Shown one piece after another: positions 47,812 to 57,487 of a DNA stretch of 64,000 nt; the first letter of the stretch is position 1; every line of letters begins with the position of its first letter. The translations under genes and the position numbers were made by a program. The notes beneath the pieces were generated by a model. The model saw nothing but the letters and a program-made list of their open reading frames with translations, searched no databases and was not told where the DNA came from. The stretch is from Pseudomonadota bacterium (GTDB lineage: Bacteria; Bdellovibrionota_B; Oligoflexia; Silvanigrellales; Silvanigrellaceae): positions 64,001-128,000 of the forward strand of contig JBDLRP010000021.1 of NCBI GenBank assembly GCA_039799905.1, read 5' to 3'.

Positions 47812-49416
47812 ATGATGCGGGACTCAAAATTGATGTCCAAAGTGAGCGGTACGATCATGAGAGGAACAAAACGAATCGCCATTGCAGCTGCTGCGACTTG
47901 CGCAGTTTTCGGACTGGTTTCCGGTGGCGTACTCTTGTTTGCACCAGATAAACTTGAAGACGTGCAAAATTCACTGACAGCTCTCGGTTCCAAAGGATAC
48001 AGGCTGCCAGACGTGCCGCCCATTCCCCACAGCTCTGAGCAAGAAATACGAACGCTCAAAACCTTCTCCAAAGTGTTCGTCAATCTTGCCAAACAAAGCC
48101 GACCGGCACTGGTGTTCATCAAAACAAAACGCGAAGTTCAAGGCCGCGGACGGGGAGGTTTTCCCTTTCCCGATGAATTCTTTTTCCCCTTCTTCCCGCC
48201 GGGGGGCGGACCACGTGAGCGTGGACAACAGGAAGCCGCAGGCTCGGGTTTCATCGTTGACCTCAAAAATGGCTACGTGATGACAAACAATCACGTTGTT
48301 CAGGAGGCCAGCGACATTACCGTGCAGACGTTCGATGATAGAAAATTCAAAGCCAAACTCGTCGGGAGTGAACCATCCGTCGACGTCGCAGTTCTGAAAA
48401 TGGAAGGTTTCTCATCTGGATCCCTGCGTCAGCTGGGGCTTGCCGATTCCGACGATGTCGAGGTCGGAGATTGGGTTGTCGCTCTTGGTGCACCCTTTTC
48501 GTTACCACAAACCCTGACTGTCGGAGTGGTGAGTGCGCTGGGACGCGGCGGAGTTTTGGGAGGCGGTGCTCTCGAAGATTTCATTCAAACAGACGCAGCA
48601 ATCAACCCCGGAAACTCTGGTGGCCCATTGCTCAACCTCGACGGAAAAGTGATTGGCATCAATACTGCGATTAGCTCTCCGACGGGAAGTTCGGCGGGAA
48701 TCGGATTTGCAGTACCGGCGAACATGGCCAAACTGGCCGCCGAGATGCTCATCAACGACGGTCGAGTCATCCGCGGCTTTTTGGGCATCGACGGGCGTGA
48801 CTTCAACGAACTTAGCCCTGATGTTCTGCGTGAACTTAAACTCAATGAAGACAGCCCGGGAACGATGATTGTCGGAGTTGTGAAAGGAAGCCCCGCAGAA
48901 AGGGCAGAACTCAAGCCATATGATGTCATTCAGACTCTCAACGGCTCACCGATTGCGAGCTTCTCTCAGTTGCGCACACGTTTGGCGTTCACCAAACCCG
49001 GAACGGAAGTTCGGCTCGGCATTTTGCGCGACGGCAAACAAATGGAAGTCAAAGTCAAGATCAGCCAGCTGAGTCCTGAAGTGGCTCGCAGAGATACTTC
49101 GGATGAGGGTGAGAATGGCTCGGGCGTTGCAAGTGAATTCGGACTGTCGCTCAAATCCTTGAACGGCGAATTGAGAAAGCAACTTGGCATCAGAGCGGCG
49201 CAGGGCGTTCTCGTTGTCGGAGTTGCAGAGGACAGCTACGCAGCCTCTGTTGGCCTCAGAAGAGGCGACGTCATTACGGAAATAAATCGCAAGACGGTCA
49301 AGACCGCGAAGGATATCGAGGCGGCATTGAAGAGCTCGAAAGACAAACCGCGTGACCTGCTGTTTTTGATTGAACGCAACGGCAGAAATCAACTGATAGT
49401 CCTGCGGCAACGATAA
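47812..49416 (+). CDS. HtrA/DegP(Do) periplasmic serine protease with two PDZ domains
   Basis: GSGF, TNNHVV, DVAVL, DAAINPGNSGG, two PDZ-like segments. Confidence 0.95.
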   Translation: MMRDSKLMSKVSGTIMRGTKRIAIAAAATCAVFGLVSGGVLLFAPDKLEDVQNSLTALGSKGYRLPDVPPIPHSSEQEIRTLKTFSKVFVNLAKQSRPALVFIKTKREVQGRGRGGFPFPDEFFFPFFPPGGGPRERGQQEAAGSGFIVDLKNGYVMTNNHVVQEASDITVQTFDDRKFKAKLVGSEPSVDVAVLKMEGFSSGSLRQLGLADSDDVEVGDWVVALGAPFSLPQTLTVGVVSALGRGGVLGGGALEDFIQTDAAINPGNSGGPLLNLDGKVIGINTAISSPTGSSAGIGFAVPANMAKLAAEMLINDGRVIRGFLGIDGRDFNELSPDVLRELKLNEDSPGTMIVGVVKGSPAERAELKPYDVIQTLNGSPIASFSQLRTRLAFTKPGTEVRLGILRDGKQMEVKVKISQLSPEVARRDTSDEGENGSGVASEFGLSLKSLNGELRKQLGIRAAQGVLVVGVAEDSYAASVGLRRGDVITEINRKTVKTAKDIEAALKSSKDKPRDLLFLIERNGRNQLIVLRQR

Positions 49417-49437
49417 TCTTCATTGTTCGGGGGCCCC

Positions 49438-50481
49438 ATGACGGAGTTTTCCGCTCACCGCAGACCATCCACCTCGGTTCAGGTGATCGGCATTCACGTC
49501 GGGGGCGTTTCGACACAAAAATCGTCGCTGGTGCGCGCCCGTTGCACTGTCAAAGAAATCCAATCAGGAATCACCGAGCAGCGACTGCATCAACTTATTT
49601 GCAAGCGAATTCAGGATTGCCTGCCAGGAATTCCTCCTGCTGCTGCGGGAACGCATTTCGAGGCTGACTCGGAACATTTCAACAACTCGCCCCTGTTTTG
49701 GGAAGCGTTCTCATCCGAGCTGGGGCCTGCGTCCTACACCGATTCTGATTCAAGACTTTTACAGACAATTCAAGATTTGGGCGGTGCACAGATTTTTTGT
49801 CTAGATGCTCCGCTCACATTCCCGCAGTGCACGCACTGCGTTCGTGCATGCCCCGGAGTGCCGCAATGCCCGGAGCCAGCCGTTCAGGGGCTGATGACAC
49901 TTTGGCAGGAAGACAAAGACAGCGACACAAAACGCCCGCGTATGCCCTTACCTCACACGGAACGCTATTTTGAGGCCTATGCACGAAGGCGATACGAGCA
50001 CCCAGGCATGACCGGTTCGCTCGACATAGAAAGCGTATTATCGAGTAATAAAGCACCGCTCTCGGCCCGTGCACATCACCTGTCACGCCGCTTGCGGGCA
50101 GCCTTCCCAACTTCAATTATTGTTGAAACACATCCATGGCTGGCTGCGATCGGCTGGTCATTGCATTGCGGGTACAGGCTCAACCACGTGATGGAGCTGC
50201 GCCAACCCGACTCGGGACGCGTTGCTCGCACAGGACTATTGAAAAAGTTGGAACTATCGCGGACAGCTCTGAGATCGGCATCATTTGTTGAAGATCTTTT
50301 TCTTGAACTTGGTGACCACGTCGAGATATTCGCTGCAGCAATGGCGGCTATGAGCGGTTGGGGACTCGTCAATGGCCTCTGTGATATCCAGCCTGTATTC
50401 GTCGATCAGGGTCAAATCGACCCTTTGCAAGGATGGGCACTCGTACCTCGGGAATTGGCAACTTATGGTTGGGGTCACTGA
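49438..50481 (+). CDS. DUF429-like (RNase H-fold) protein, degenerate, with a Cys cluster
   Basis: VIGIHVGG, LDAPLTFP, IVETHP; CTHCVRACPGVPQC insert. Confidence 0.5.
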   Translation: MTEFSAHRRPSTSVQVIGIHVGGVSTQKSSLVRARCTVKEIQSGITEQRLHQLICKRIQDCLPGIPPAAAGTHFEADSEHFNNSPLFWEAFSSELGPASYTDSDSRLLQTIQDLGGAQIFCLDAPLTFPQCTHCVRACPGVPQCPEPAVQGLMTLWQEDKDSDTKRPRMPLPHTERYFEAYARRRYEHPGMTGSLDIESVLSSNKAPLSARAHHLSRRLRAAFPTSIIVETHPWLAAIGWSLHCGYRLNHVMELRQPDSGRVARTGLLKKLELSRTALRSASFVEDLFLELGDHVEIFAAAMAAMSGWGLVNGLCDIQPVFVDQGQIDPLQGWALVPRELATYGWGH

Positions 50482-50860
50482 CATCAAATCACTGAGCGGA
50501 TGGATTCTTCCGGATGGCCTTTGGCAGCCGGCCGAAGAGTGGTGGCATGTATCTGCTCTCTATGACCTTCAGGACCAATACCCGCAGCACTTCACCGACT
50601 CACTGAAAGAGGCTCTGGGCAGCGGCGATGAGGCGCGTATCCGGCGCTCGGCTTCAGAGGCAGGCTTTATCAAAATTTCCCGCCAGCAGTTCGATTTGAT
50701 TTCAATCACAATAAGCCAGCTGCGCACGCTGCAAAAGCTTATTGAATACATTGATCCGGAAGACGAATTCATCGTTCTGCTCGAACATGGCATGCGACAA
50801 AAAACAATCGCCGTTGAACGGCTGCTTAAGCTCAAATCCGTGCAACCGCTCATTTCCTAA
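50465..50860 (+). CDS. Hypothetical protein
   Basis: Overlaps the upstream stop; GWILPDG.W....WH motif. Confidence 0.65.
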   Translation: MVGVTDIKSLSGWILPDGLWQPAEEWWHVSALYDLQDQYPQHFTDSLKEALGSGDEARIRRSASEAGFIKISRQQFDLISITISQLRTLQKLIEYIDPEDEFIVLLEHGMRQKTIAVERLLKLKSVQPLIS

Positions 50861-50884
50861 AAAACATGCCTGATCGGCTCAATC

Positions 50885-50932
50885 AAAACGAACCCGCATC
50901 AAGCACGGCATGCTTCATGCGGGTTTGTTTTT
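50885..50932. terminator. Bidirectional terminator between the hypothetical gene and secG
   Basis: AAAACGAACCCGCAT.AAGCA-5-TGCTT.ATGCGGGTTTGTTTT. Confidence 0.75.
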
Positions 50933-50964
50933 GCTTCAGGAAAATCAGTGCTGCGCGAACTGAC

Positions 50965-51417
50965 TCAGTTGGCTGGCGATGGCGCAGGTGCAGCCGGCGT
51001 CGCCGCCTCGGCAGCAGGGCTCACGGCTGGAGCTGCAGCATCAGCTGCAGGCTGCGCGGCCGCGGTAGGCGAAACTGCGGCGGCGGGTGTCTGGTCGGCA
51101 GCAGCGGTGGGAGACGCCTGTGGAACAGGCGTTGCCGGAGCCGTCAGAGCGGAATCCAACTCACGGCTGACACCAAACTTCTCGTGTGTCTTGACCCAAG
51201 CCAAGGCGGTAGAAAGAAAAAAGAAGGCCGCACCGAAAATCCACGTGGCGCGAACAATCAGCGCAACTCCGCCTGAAGCACCGAAAAATCCAGCAGAATT
51301 CCCGCCACCGAAGGCCGATCCAATGCCGCCTTCATTGCCATGCTGCAGAGCAATAATAAGAACGATGAGCACGACGCTGACGAAGATAAGGAGAGCTGTG
51401 AGAAGCCCAACGAGCAT
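50965..51417 (-). CDS. secG: Preprotein translocase subunit SecG with an Ala/Pro-rich tail
   Basis: TM1-LQ...GG.G.AFGGG....FG......L.R.T-TM2. Confidence 0.9.
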   Translation of the reverse strand: MLVGLLTALLIFVSVVLIVLIIALQHGNEGGIGSAFGGGNSAGFFGASGGVALIVRATWIFGAAFFFLSTALAWVKTHEKFGVSRELDSALTAPATPVPQASPTAAADQTPAAAVSPTAAAQPAADAAAPAVSPAAEAATPAAPAPSPAN

Positions 51418-51619
51418 ACGATCTAACCCCCGACGACCGGAATTCCGGATTCAAACTCCGTGCTATGGCACAAACCTCGGGCCGACTCAAGTTCCACCCC
51501 TGCCCGCAACCCTGCCGATTGAATAGTTTCCCTTTACCTTTGTGGCGTTTCGCCTTATGCCTTTTTAGTCTGTCCCAAACCACAGGTCCGCCTGTCGACC
51601 CACAAGTGAGATATTTAGA

Positions 51620-54079
51620 ATGGTTCGCTCCAGCAGCTCAAAATCGACAAAAGAAAAACAAACTCCAGCAACAAAAGCGTCGACTGCCAAAGCCAAGGCG
51701 ACCACGGCCGGCAAAGCTGCCACTCCAGCCCGCACAAAAACGAGCAAATCAGCCAAGCCAGAAGAACCGGTTGCCAAGAAAAGCGCTGCTGCTGCAGAAA
51801 AGAAACCCACAACTACAAAATCAGCAGGCAGCAAATCAAGCAAACCAACCGCAGTTGGCAAAGCTGCAGACCAGGGCAAGAAAGCGGCAACCAAGAAAGC
51901 CGTGCAAGAACCTCGTACCCTTGAACTTTTTGAAGAAAACGGCACTGAACAGGACACCCCTTCGGTCAGCATTCTTCCTGATCAGGCTGAAGCTGCGACC
52001 GAGCGCGAATCCGAAAGCGATTCCGAGATCTCCACCTTGAACACTCCACCCGAATTTCAGGAATCACAGGTTCCTGCGTTCAGCGAAAGCGCGGGCGAAA
52101 CTGCCGTTCTGCCTGCGGTTGAGAAGGAAATCACTTTCAGCTTTCTTGGCTTCAACGACCAGATTCTCGAGGCCATCAGTACACAAAATTTCCAAAAGCC
52201 GACGCCTGTTCAGGCGCTCTGCCTGCCTCACACTCTCGACGGAAAAGATGTTGCGGGCTTCGCTCAAACTGGAACTGGCAAGACTGCAGTTTATCTACTG
52301 TCGGCCGCGCACAAGCTGCTCAATCAGGAGAACCGCTCTGTTCAGCCCCGTAAGCCGCATGTTCTAGTGGTCGTACCGACGCGTGAACTGGCTGACCAGG
52401 TCTCGCAGGATGCCAAAAAACTTTTAAGCCCTTTGAAACTAAAAAGCCTTGCTGTGTTTGGCGGCGTCGACGTCGATAAGCACGTCCATGAGCTCAACCA
52501 GACGGTAGACATCGTCGTAGCGACCCCAGGCCGACTGCTCGACCTCCACCGCAGTAAGCATCTTGAATTTGATGATCTGCAGATGCTTGTCATTGATGAA
52601 TGTGACCGCATGTTCGACATGGGTTTCATCGACGACGTTGAATACGTACTCCGCCACCTGCCGGCAGAGCGCGTGCAGAAATTGCTTTTCAGCGCCACCG
52701 GCAGCGAAAAAGTCAAAGAGCTTGCTTTCGAATACCTTGAGAATCCAGAATATATCGAGACAGATCCCGTGCGAATCACGCCGGAAAAGATCTCGCAAAT
52801 TGCCTTTGCAGTGTCGGCGGAACAAAAGTTTCTGACGCTGATGGGACACCTGCGCAGCAACAATCCCGAGTGTGCAATCATCTTTACGAACACCAAGGTG
52901 GTCGCCGAGTGGGTTGGCTACAAGCTTGCCTGCAACGGACTCAATGCCGAGGTCCTCACAGGTGACCTGGCACAACGTAAAAGAATGACGCTGATTAAAA
53001 AAATCAAAGAAGGGAAATGCAACCTTCTTGTTGCAACCGACGTGCTCTCGCGCGGATTACATGTTGCCAACCTGTCGCATGTCTACAACTTTGATATTCC
53101 CGATGATGAAGAAAGCTTCATCCACCGCATCGGCCGCACGGCGCGCGCAGGTGCCACAGGTCATGCGATTACGTTCATCTGTGACGACTACGGCTTCAAT
53201 ATGGGTGCCGTAGAAAAACTGCTTGGTTTCAAGATTCCGCTGGTGGAAGTGCCTGCAGAGTATTTGTCGGCTGAAGACGTCTCGGATTACCCGTTTGATG
53301 AAACTGGTCGCGTCAAGGTCTTCGGCCAAGCAGCGGCACCACGTGACGCTGAAGAAACTCGTGAACGTGAGCCCAGAAGAGAGCGTGAAGGTCGTCGTGA
53401 AAGACACGCCGATGAATCTCGTCCGGCAGCGGCGGCAGGACACTTGCCGCAAGAAAAATCAGGCCGGCCAGAGCCGACCATGCCATCTCATCGCCGCGAC
53501 TCCGCTCCCGCAGGTCGGACACATCCGACACCCGCCGGACAGCCGGAAATTTCAAAACCAACAGCAGCTGCTCAACCGATTGCAGCGAGCGTTCAAACCC
53601 CACAGTCACGGCCACAACAACCACAAGCACCTCGCCAGCACGGCCCACAGGCTGCTGCGGCGGGAAAACAGCATTCTGGACCCGTACCACATCATGGCGG
53701 CACGCAGGTTCACAAACCGACCGGCAGTTCGGCGCAGTCAGCACCACTGTCTGCTTCCGCAATGCCACGGCGTGATGACAAGGCACGTGAAACAATTGAA
53801 ATGGCCATTCAGGCAGCCAAAAAAGCAGCCGCGAAACGGCAAGGCTCGCCCGGATCTCCTGATACGCGCGCTGCAGGAAAAGCAAGCCGCGCTGGCATGA
53901 CATCACAAATTGATGAAATCGCGGCAGCGGTCATCAACACGGCGCAAGAACGCTGGGGCGGAACAATTGGCAATCTCCAAGATCGTTTTGTTTCGCGCTT
54001 GGAAGAAAACTTCCCGAGACTGTCGGAGACTCTCATCCGCTTGGGCTTCTTTTCCAAACGTTTTACCGACGACAGGTAA
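51620..54079 (+). CDS. DEAD-box RNA helicase (RhlB-like) with long N- and C-terminal low-complexity extensions
   Basis: Q motif PTPVQ, AQTGTGKT, PTRELA, TPGR, DECDRMFDMGF, SAT, HRIGRTAR. Confidence 0.92.
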   Translation: MVRSSSSKSTKEKQTPATKASTAKAKATTAGKAATPARTKTSKSAKPEEPVAKKSAAAAEKKPTTTKSAGSKSSKPTAVGKAADQGKKAATKKAVQEPRTLELFEENGTEQDTPSVSILPDQAEAATERESESDSEISTLNTPPEFQESQVPAFSESAGETAVLPAVEKEITFSFLGFNDQILEAISTQNFQKPTPVQALCLPHTLDGKDVAGFAQTGTGKTAVYLLSAAHKLLNQENRSVQPRKPHVLVVVPTRELADQVSQDAKKLLSPLKLKSLAVFGGVDVDKHVHELNQTVDIVVATPGRLLDLHRSKHLEFDDLQMLVIDECDRMFDMGFIDDVEYVLRHLPAERVQKLLFSATGSEKVKELAFEYLENPEYIETDPVRITPEKISQIAFAVSAEQKFLTLMGHLRSNNPECAIIFTNTKVVAEWVGYKLACNGLNAEVLTGDLAQRKRMTLIKKIKEGKCNLLVATDVLSRGLHVANLSHVYNFDIPDDEESFIHRIGRTARAGATGHAITFICDDYGFNMGAVEKLLGFKIPLVEVPAEYLSAEDVSDYPFDETGRVKVFGQAAAPRDAEETREREPRREREGRRERHADESRPAAAAGHLPQEKSGRPEPTMPSHRRDSAPAGRTHPTPAGQPEISKPTAAAQPIAASVQTPQSRPQQPQAPRQHGPQAAAAGKQHSGPVPHHGGTQVHKPTGSSAQSAPLSASAMPRRDDKARETIEMAIQAAKKAAAKRQGSPGSPDTRAAGKASRAGMTSQIDEIAAAVINTAQERWGGTIGNLQDRFVSRLEENFPRLSETLIRLGFFSKRFTDDR

Positions 54080-54082
54080 TTC

Positions 54083-55330
54083 ATGCTCGCATCACAGGGG
54101 CAAACACTCCTGAAAGTCGCCACTCTGAACACGTGGCATGGCCTCGACGGTCATGGCACGTTCATGTTTGGTTCTCTAGAGTCGCGCGCTGAGAGAATTG
54201 CCAGACTCGAGCGGCAAGTCGCAGCACTCCGTCAATTGAATCCCGACATACTTCTGCTTCAGGAACTCAATCCACTTCCCTTCAGAGCACACTGGTACGC
54301 GCAAAAGCTGGCGATGCGCGCCGAATACACAACCTGCAATTCGGGAATTAAACTCGGCTGGGGTCCGCCGACAAATCTCAACGAAGGTCTGGCGATTCTC
54401 TTCCGCCCCGACTGGCAGTATCAGGTTCTTGGAAAAAAACGACTTTCTGGCTCATTTCGCCTGAATCCATTTCGTATCTCTGCCATCAATACACCATTTT
54501 TAAGCTTTCAATTGCACGAAACGAGGGTTGCTTTCGCAATTCGATTTTTTATTCCGCCGGAAAAGAGAATCGGCCAATACGAAGGTCGTAGCTCACTGAT
54601 TGCCGCTGTTGCACACCTGCATGTTTCGCCGGCACACACGCCGCGCAATGAACAGATAGTCAACACGGCACTCGAACAAGGGCAAATCAGCAAGGACGAT
54701 GCTGCGCAAATCACCCGCGCATTTCGCAGCGCAAATACGCGCAGACTGAACGAGATCGAACAGTTGACCTCGTGGCTGGAGTCACTCCGTCGTCCCGATG
54801 AACCCATCATTTTGGGCGGAGATTTCAACTGCGAACCGGACAGCCCACCATACAATGCCTTGCTGCGTCGCGGGTGGAAAGATCTTTGGATTGAAGCGGG
54901 AAATCCGACCGATTTGATTGAATCAGCCACCTGGGATGCACCACGAAACCCTCTGACTGCCCGCGTGCGCAACTTTCAGCACCCGATGTCACGAGTGAAT
55001 AGTGGAATTGCGAGCGTTTACCGACAAACCGACGAACTTCCGCGTAGGATCGATTTTTTATTCGGTGTGCCCGCCAAAAACGTACCTTCGCAAAAGGAAT
55101 TTCAACTGGGTTCAAGCGGCTGCCTGACAGGTCTTCGCAGATTTGGTTTTCTGACAGGCAACCCAATCCTGCCAGAGTCGATCGTCAGTGATGATTTTTC
55201 AGAGTACAAGGCGTTGAAAGAATTTTCGCCAGACAACAGAGGCGAAAGTAACTTTATCTCCGATCATCATGGGCTGTATGCAGAGTTTGCCTACAAAGGC
55301 TTTGACTCGACGCACGCCGAAAGCAAATAA
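54083..55330 (+). CDS. Endonuclease/exonuclease/phosphatase (EEP) family protein
   Basis: TLN, LQE, HL, GDFN, RIDF, SDH. Confidence 0.88.
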   Translation: MLASQGQTLLKVATLNTWHGLDGHGTFMFGSLESRAERIARLERQVAALRQLNPDILLLQELNPLPFRAHWYAQKLAMRAEYTTCNSGIKLGWGPPTNLNEGLAILFRPDWQYQVLGKKRLSGSFRLNPFRISAINTPFLSFQLHETRVAFAIRFFIPPEKRIGQYEGRSSLIAAVAHLHVSPAHTPRNEQIVNTALEQGQISKDDAAQITRAFRSANTRRLNEIEQLTSWLESLRRPDEPIILGGDFNCEPDSPPYNALLRRGWKDLWIEAGNPTDLIESATWDAPRNPLTARVRNFQHPMSRVNSGIASVYRQTDELPRRIDFLFGVPAKNVPSQKEFQLGSSGCLTGLRRFGFLTGNPILPESIVSDDFSEYKALKEFSPDNRGESNFISDHHGLYAEFAYKGFDSTHAESK

Positions 55331-56085
55331 GCAGCCGCAGCAACCGCAGCCGGTGTGCGCAATATCCGCGGTCCCAGACTCACGAATTTTGCCCTGCCAG
55401 CTCTTTCCTCCTTGAGGAAGAATTCATACTCAACGCTTGAAAAACTGGCCTCCGGACCTACCGCAAAAAGCAAATCGCCGGCTGCGAACGCACGACTCTC
55501 CTCAAGCAGGTGCGTCGTGTTCTCAGACACCCGCTCAAGCGTATGAGCAGGACGCTCATCACAGATAAGTACCTTGTTGACATTGTATTGCCCATGAACC
55601 TTTTCGAATGCCGATAGAAATGATTCCGCACAAACGACCCGCATACTCCATGGCGACTTTGTGATTCGACATATCTCACCGACTTGCCGCATCACCTTCT
55701 CCAATTTGATTTCCTGACGTGAAGTCGTCTTGTCGGCCTTGCACAGAATCAACTCTGCTACGCCGGCCTCGACGCACACCTGAATTATCTCGTCCAAAGC
55801 ACCTGGCTTCGTGACACCCACGAGTGCCACAACGCGTCTTGCTGGCGTCGCATGTAAAGTGCATTCATGAATAACAGCACTGACAAATTTTTTCTCGACA
55901 CGCTCGAGAACAGCACTTGCCGTCCAACCCATCCCGTCGGCAAGCTCAACTTGCTCACCAGCAGCGAGACGCAAGACAGCAGCGGCATAGTGAGCTTCAT
56001 CAGGAGACAGCTGTACTGTTTGACCGGCAACAAACTCCCGTTGACCGCGATCAACGTAAAATCTCCAAACCTGCTTATATTCCAT
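55291..56085 (-). CDS. rsmE: 16S rRNA m3U1498 methyltransferase (divergent)
   Basis: H...VLRL..GE, E.GV, VGPE..FS..E, SLGPRILR. Confidence 0.85.
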   Translation of the reverse strand: MEYKQVWRFYVDRGQREFVAGQTVQLSPDEAHYAAAVLRLAAGEQVELADGMGWTASAVLERVEKKFVSAVIHECTLHATPARRVVALVGVTKPGALDEIIQVCVEAGVAELILCKADKTTSRQEIKLEKVMRQVGEICRITKSPWSMRVVCAESFLSAFEKVHGQYNVNKVLICDERPAHTLERVSENTTHLLEESRAFAAGDLLFAVGPEASFSSVEYEFFLKEERAGRAKFVSLGPRILRTPAAVAAAAYLLSACVESKPL

Positions 56086-56090
56086 AAGAC

Positions 56091-56603
56091 TTAAATCCTA
56101 GATAATTCATATGCGATTGGCGACTCGGAAAAAATCCGCAGGCGTTCACCGCGCGAACAAGACTCAAAGCCAGCGTCCCGCATCCACTCCATCTGAGTGA
56201 GGAAAAGAGCGTCGGCTCTGCGAACAGTAATTTCATCCGCCGAAATTTTCATAGTTTCGGCAAAACAAACATCTAGTATCTTTCTCCAGCTTTGAAGGCG
56301 TTTAGAATTGGCTTCGCGCAACTCGAACTGTTGTTCGTCGGTCAAGAATGCAAGTGACTCGAGAGTCAGGCATATGAAGGAAATTTCCGCATGTTGAAGG
56401 GAAATCAGATCAGTAAGTTTGGAATCCCATCGGTCACGTTCATCCGTTGCCACGGACGCGGCTTCAGATATTCCATCGAACAATTCGACAACGTCTTCAT
56501 TTGTGCGGGTCTTTTCCGCAAGAACAAACATTCGCACTACGACCGACAGCGTGCGGCGCACACTTGCCGGCTTCAGTCCAAATTGAAAATCATTGTGAGT
56601 CAC
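56091..56603 (-). CDS. Hypothetical protein
   Basis: GTG start with GAGGGG RBS; stop lies 5 nt before the rsmE start. Confidence 0.55.
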   Translation of the reverse strand: MTHNDFQFGLKPASVRRTLSVVVRMFVLAEKTRTNEDVVELFDGISEAASVATDERDRWDSKLTDLISLQHAEISFICLTLESLAFLTDEQQFELREANSKRLQSWRKILDVCFAETMKISADEITVRRADALFLTQMEWMRDAGFESCSRGERLRIFSESPIAYELSRI

Positions 56604-56613
56604 AAATTGCCCC

Positions 56614-57468
56614 TCAGTTAGGGGACGACAGCATAATACTGATATCAGCAGGACCATCTGCAAGTGCCTGCGACTTAAACGCAGGCAAATCGCGCTGAAG
56701 TCGCGCAACAATATCGTTCAGTCTGACCCGTCCGGCAGCAGTCTGGTAGACGATTCCGTCTTTGCGGACTTCCACCGGGGCGATCGGATTGTCACCTGCC
56801 CCCTTCGCGTACGCCTTTACCACACTTTCGATGAGCGCAATCTCGCGTTCCGAAATTTTCTTGTCGACGAGCACCTTCAAGGTCTCAATCCGTTGGTTAC
56901 TTTTGGACTGTCCCTTCCATGCTCTTTGAATGAAAAGACCCATGCGTCCGATGATTCGCGGCTGGGAGAACGCATACGTCGGGTCGTTCATCGAACGACT
57001 CCAATACGCCCGCGTCAAACGGTCATCAACATTCGACCACGCATCTATTCTTTCGATAATTGCCGGCTGCTTGTCTGGTGTTTTAACACCAATAACAACA
57101 CTCATTCCAGATGAAGAGGTCAGACCGCTCAAACTGAAAGGAATTTCGGGTGGCCAAGCGGGCGCATCCGAGCGCAGATTAGGAAGTGATTGCAGGGAAC
57201 GAATCGCCTGACCGACAGTCTGTGCATGCTCAACAGACCACGACGTCTTGGTCTGGGAGCTAATCTTAGGCAACAGTCCCTGCGCAGTGACCGTGCACAG
57301 CTGGTCGAGCATCGCTGCCGTAAAAGTTGTTGCAGCGATGGTGGCTTTGAGCGGAGCGCATGGTTTTGCACCCTCGATGTTTGCGGCTGCTTCTGGAGGC
57401 AAGACATAAACATCCTTGGTCGTTTCATTGATGAGAAACATCGCCAAAGGAACAAGGAATGCGCTCAT
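56614..57468 (-). CDS. Hypothetical protein
   Basis: 284-aa ORF with AAGGTG RBS, in a co-directional string. Confidence 0.6.
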   Translation of the reverse strand: MSAFLVPLAMFLINETTKDVYVLPPEAAANIEGAKPCAPLKATIAATTFTAAMLDQLCTVTAQGLLPKISSQTKTSWSVEHAQTVGQAIRSLQSLPNLRSDAPAWPPEIPFSLSGLTSSSGMSVVIGVKTPDKQPAIIERIDAWSNVDDRLTRAYWSRSMNDPTYAFSQPRIIGRMGLFIQRAWKGQSKSNQRIETLKVLVDKKISEREIALIESVVKAYAKGAGDNPIAPVEVRKDGIVYQTAAGRVRLNDIVARLQRDLPAFKSQALADGPADISIMLSSPN

Positions 57469-57487
57469 GAGCCGACACCTTTATTTT

